Origin: Bilabrum cf. latius
Lineage: Eukaryota
Direction: 5' to 3'
DNA: 64,000 bases
Assembly (NCBI GenBank): GCA_965178125.1
Contig: OZ237755.1
Coordinates: forward strand, 558,001-622,000
The notes below the pieces were generated by a model, which saw only the letters and a list, made by a program, of their open reading frames with translations, searched no databases and was not told the DNA's origin. Below, in pieces: positions 61,687 through 64,000 of the stretch. The position numbers and the translations under genes are program-made. Numbering within the stretch: the stretch's first letter is position 1; each line of letters opens with the position of its first letter.

Positions 61687-63735
61687 TTAGGTCTCCTCAT
61701 CGGGAGCACACGTGAGCTCCCACGCGAACAGGTCGGCATCCTGCATCGCCACCTGCAGCCTGACGGCCTTCCCTGCGAACTAGCCAAGATCGCCCGTCAC
61801 ATTGCGCGCAGCACCGCAGTTAGTCATCGTCGCCAGTTCGCTGGGAAGCAGTCTTTCGCTGGCTGCTTGACGCAGCGCCGTCTAATTCCATGCCACCAGG
61901 TGCGCCGTGTCGTCACCCCTCAACGGCACGCAGTCACTGACGCCAAAACCGGGGTAAGGGCTGCGGTCCTGATCCTGATCCACTCCGGTGATCCCGAAGA
62001 GGACCGAACCGGCCGTGGTGGCGCGAGCGTTTACCCGGAGACGGAGCACAGTGGGGCGTCCCCTCACATCCAGCACTCCATCGCACGCACCAGGGCTGGC
62101 TAGCTGCACGACGATGGTGGTCGCATTGCCGACCGCAGCGCTCGGCTGACCCTCACCGTTCCAGCGGGCGACCCCCGACGAAGCTCCCATTACGTCATCT
62201 GCCGGCCCCTACATCGGCCCAGTGGACAGGCTCGCGTGCCCTTCGAAGCGCAGGGACCCGCTGAGCACGCCCATGAACGCGTGCCCAAAGTCCTCCCAGG
62301 AATAGGCCAGTCCGCCCGCGTGGGTCATCTGCCCGCCCCAGTAGAACACGGTCCAGCGCGGTGGATAGCACGCCCTGTCATACCGGCCCGCAAGCTCGGC
62401 CTGGCTGCACTCTGACGACCACGGAGCCACGGTCCCGCCCGTCGTCATAAACACAAAGCCAGCGTCGCGGTCGCTGCCCGTCGTGTTGAAGATCTTGCTG
62501 CTGGGGTCTTTCCAGCCTGTGCCTCGCCTCAGAATGGGGGCCCTGTTGTTCCCTGGGTACACAAACGAGAGGTTTCCCGAAGCACCTGCGTCCCCACCGC
62601 TTGCACTCAAGCTGCTTGCGACAAGGGTACGAGGCGCGTTGACACTGCCCTCGCGCCCCACCCTAGCAAAGAGTGCTCGCACGTCCATCACGCCGTCGTT
62701 GTCCCCGGCGCGGGCATTTGGAGCCCCCGACTGCCACGGCTGCCAGTGCCACATGAAGCTTGGCTGGATCGCCAGCACGTCGGCCTACTCGTGGAGGAAG
62801 GGAGCGGGGTTGTAAATGTCGAAGCACGCCTCGGGGTCCGGCGAAGAAGTGCGCAGCACGGTGAACGGTTGGGACCACCCTGCAAAAGGAGGGGCGCTAG
62901 AGTTCCCGCTAGCCCTATGGGCGGTGCGCTGGAGCACTCGCTCTCCCCCGCCGAGCAGGTGCTCCGCAGAAGAAGGAGCAAGAGACGCGGAGACCTGCCG
63001 AAGCGAGGCGTATGCCTGCCCGCAGTAGCCCCCAGGCGTGCCGGCGTCAACGCGGCCGAACGCGGCCCACACTCCCATTCGCTTAAGATGGACGAGGGCC
63101 GTTTGTGTGTCTGCAAATTCCTTCGTGGTGATGATTGGCGTGGGGTTGCTCCACTGCCCAAGACCATCCGGGCTCTCCGTGATATAGAGGTGCCTGTCTG
63201 GCGTATTCTCCCACACAAATAAGAACCGACGATTCTTTGTGCTATCATCTAACCACAAGCTGCCCATGTTTTCGTTCGGACTCGTCTCAAAGACTCGGTT
63301 CGTAGGAGATCCATCCGTCCAGGGAAAATACTGCAGCCTAGGCTTTTCCCAGTGCACTAAGTCGCTGCTATTGGCTACACATACATGCTCCTTATTGAAA
63401 TAGTCCGTATCATTGAGGCACATGTAGTAAATCCGATATTCTGGGCTTTGCTCAGGGGTGAGGGGTGGGATCGCAAGGAATGCAGTGTAGAATCCAGCTT
63501 GTAGCTCCCACGGGTGCTCCGGCTGAACTGCAGCTGGAGCTCCGATATTTTTTTTAACATCATGGGGTTGGATAGCAAGCGAGCCGTTCGTTGAATCGAG
63601 CATGCTGTCATCAACAAAGGCATGGGGACGACCGAGCTCGAAAGATGCAATTGTACCCAATCTTGTCCGATCTGCTGCTGTGCAGCCCAGTGTGCCAAGT
63701 AGAATCCAAGATACCATCAAATTGACATTAGCCAT
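61687..63735 (-). CDS. Secreted bacterial-type five-bladed beta-propeller glycoside hydrolase-like protein, ~682 aa, intronless (TAG=Gln)
   Basis: Signal peptide; FVDD, PEHPWE, YRIYY, CVANSSDLVHWEKPRL, ESPDGLGQW, LRFEGHASL, PGFGVSDCVPLRGD..W, terminal DLG[TAG]FAGKAVRLQVAMQDADLFAW. TAGs at 62785, 62209, 61882, 61780; ends TAA. Confidence 0.72.
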
Positions 63736-63901
63736 CGTGTTCGCCGCAAGACGGCGGTCTGCGCTTGCAGTTTAGTCCGCTTGGATCTGTTCCGGTCTCC
63801 ACCGCGGGTTGAGCAACTTGAAGGATCCACTCACGATGCAAAACATGAAACCAAATGCCACATACTGAAATCAAAGCATGAAACAAGCCGATCCACCCGA
63901 A

Positions 63902-64000
63902 TCACTTCCGAGGGGCTTGCGTCGCAGCCGCGGCCGCTGCTGCGGCTGCAGCCGCAGCAGCGGCCTGGGATGCCTTGCTTGCACCCCCCATCTTGCGGCC
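63902..64000 (-). CDS. 3' end of a gene extending beyond the window (poly-Ala tail)
   Basis: Reads ..GVQARHPR-polyAla-TQAPRK then TGA at 63904-63902. Confidence 0.45.
   Translation of the reverse strand, partial: GRKMGGASKASQAAAAAAAAAAAAAATQAPRK

Noticed and set aside
2684-61689. Ciliate-type table 6 code (TAA and TAG both Gln)
   Set aside because: No internal TAA in any modelled exon. TAA falls at plausible ends of four genes (2684, 53350, 53371, 61687), including just after the terminal conserved motif of the propeller hydrolase.
2684-63735. In-frame stops as pseudogenisation, sequencing error or C-to-T hypermutation
   Set aside because: Those processes would also give TAA, TGA and frameshifts. 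Only TAG occurs, there are no frameshifts, and catalytic motifs are intact.
1-64000. tRNA-Gln(CUA), eRF1, rRNA, CRISPR arrays, transposons or endogenous virophage/Polinton elements
   Set aside because: None recognised. Intergenic gaps are short, and there is no extended AT-rich island, terminal repeat or integrase/capsid-like ORF. A tRNA could be missed by eye.

Overview
Gene-dense, GC-rich eukaryotic nuclear DNA with spliceosomal GT-AG introns. It holds about 21 complete and 2 partial protein-coding genes, many arranged head-to-head. The Ala/Gly-rich low-complexity proteins suggest a heterotrophic protist, possibly a Cafeteria-like bicosoecid stramenopile (inference only). Main result: the window uses a non-standard nuclear genetic code in which TAG is a sense codon, almost certainly Gln, while TAA and TGA remain stops. 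The fragmented ORF track is an artefact of this. By hand I count about 120 in-frame TAGs in 19 genes. No modelled exon has an internal TAA or TGA, and all 23 modelled gene ends are TGA (19) or TAA (4). TAG falls on conserved Gln positions in PMS2 (SG-Q-VV) and NDUFA5 (ED-Q-L and G-Q-xEE). Recoding restores full-length PMS2, a 2300-aa ABCA transporter, RBBP5/Swd1-like, GH2 beta-galactosidase-like, RUS1, VLCAD/ACAD9-like, NDUFA5, a 3xKH protein, a GT92-like enzyme, a bacterial-type beta-propeller hydrolase and a DOMON-cytochrome b561-cytochrome b5-flavin reductase fusion. I saw no rRNA, tRNA, CRISPR array or mobile element. All gene models and counts are manual, and family calls rest on recalled motifs rather than database searches.
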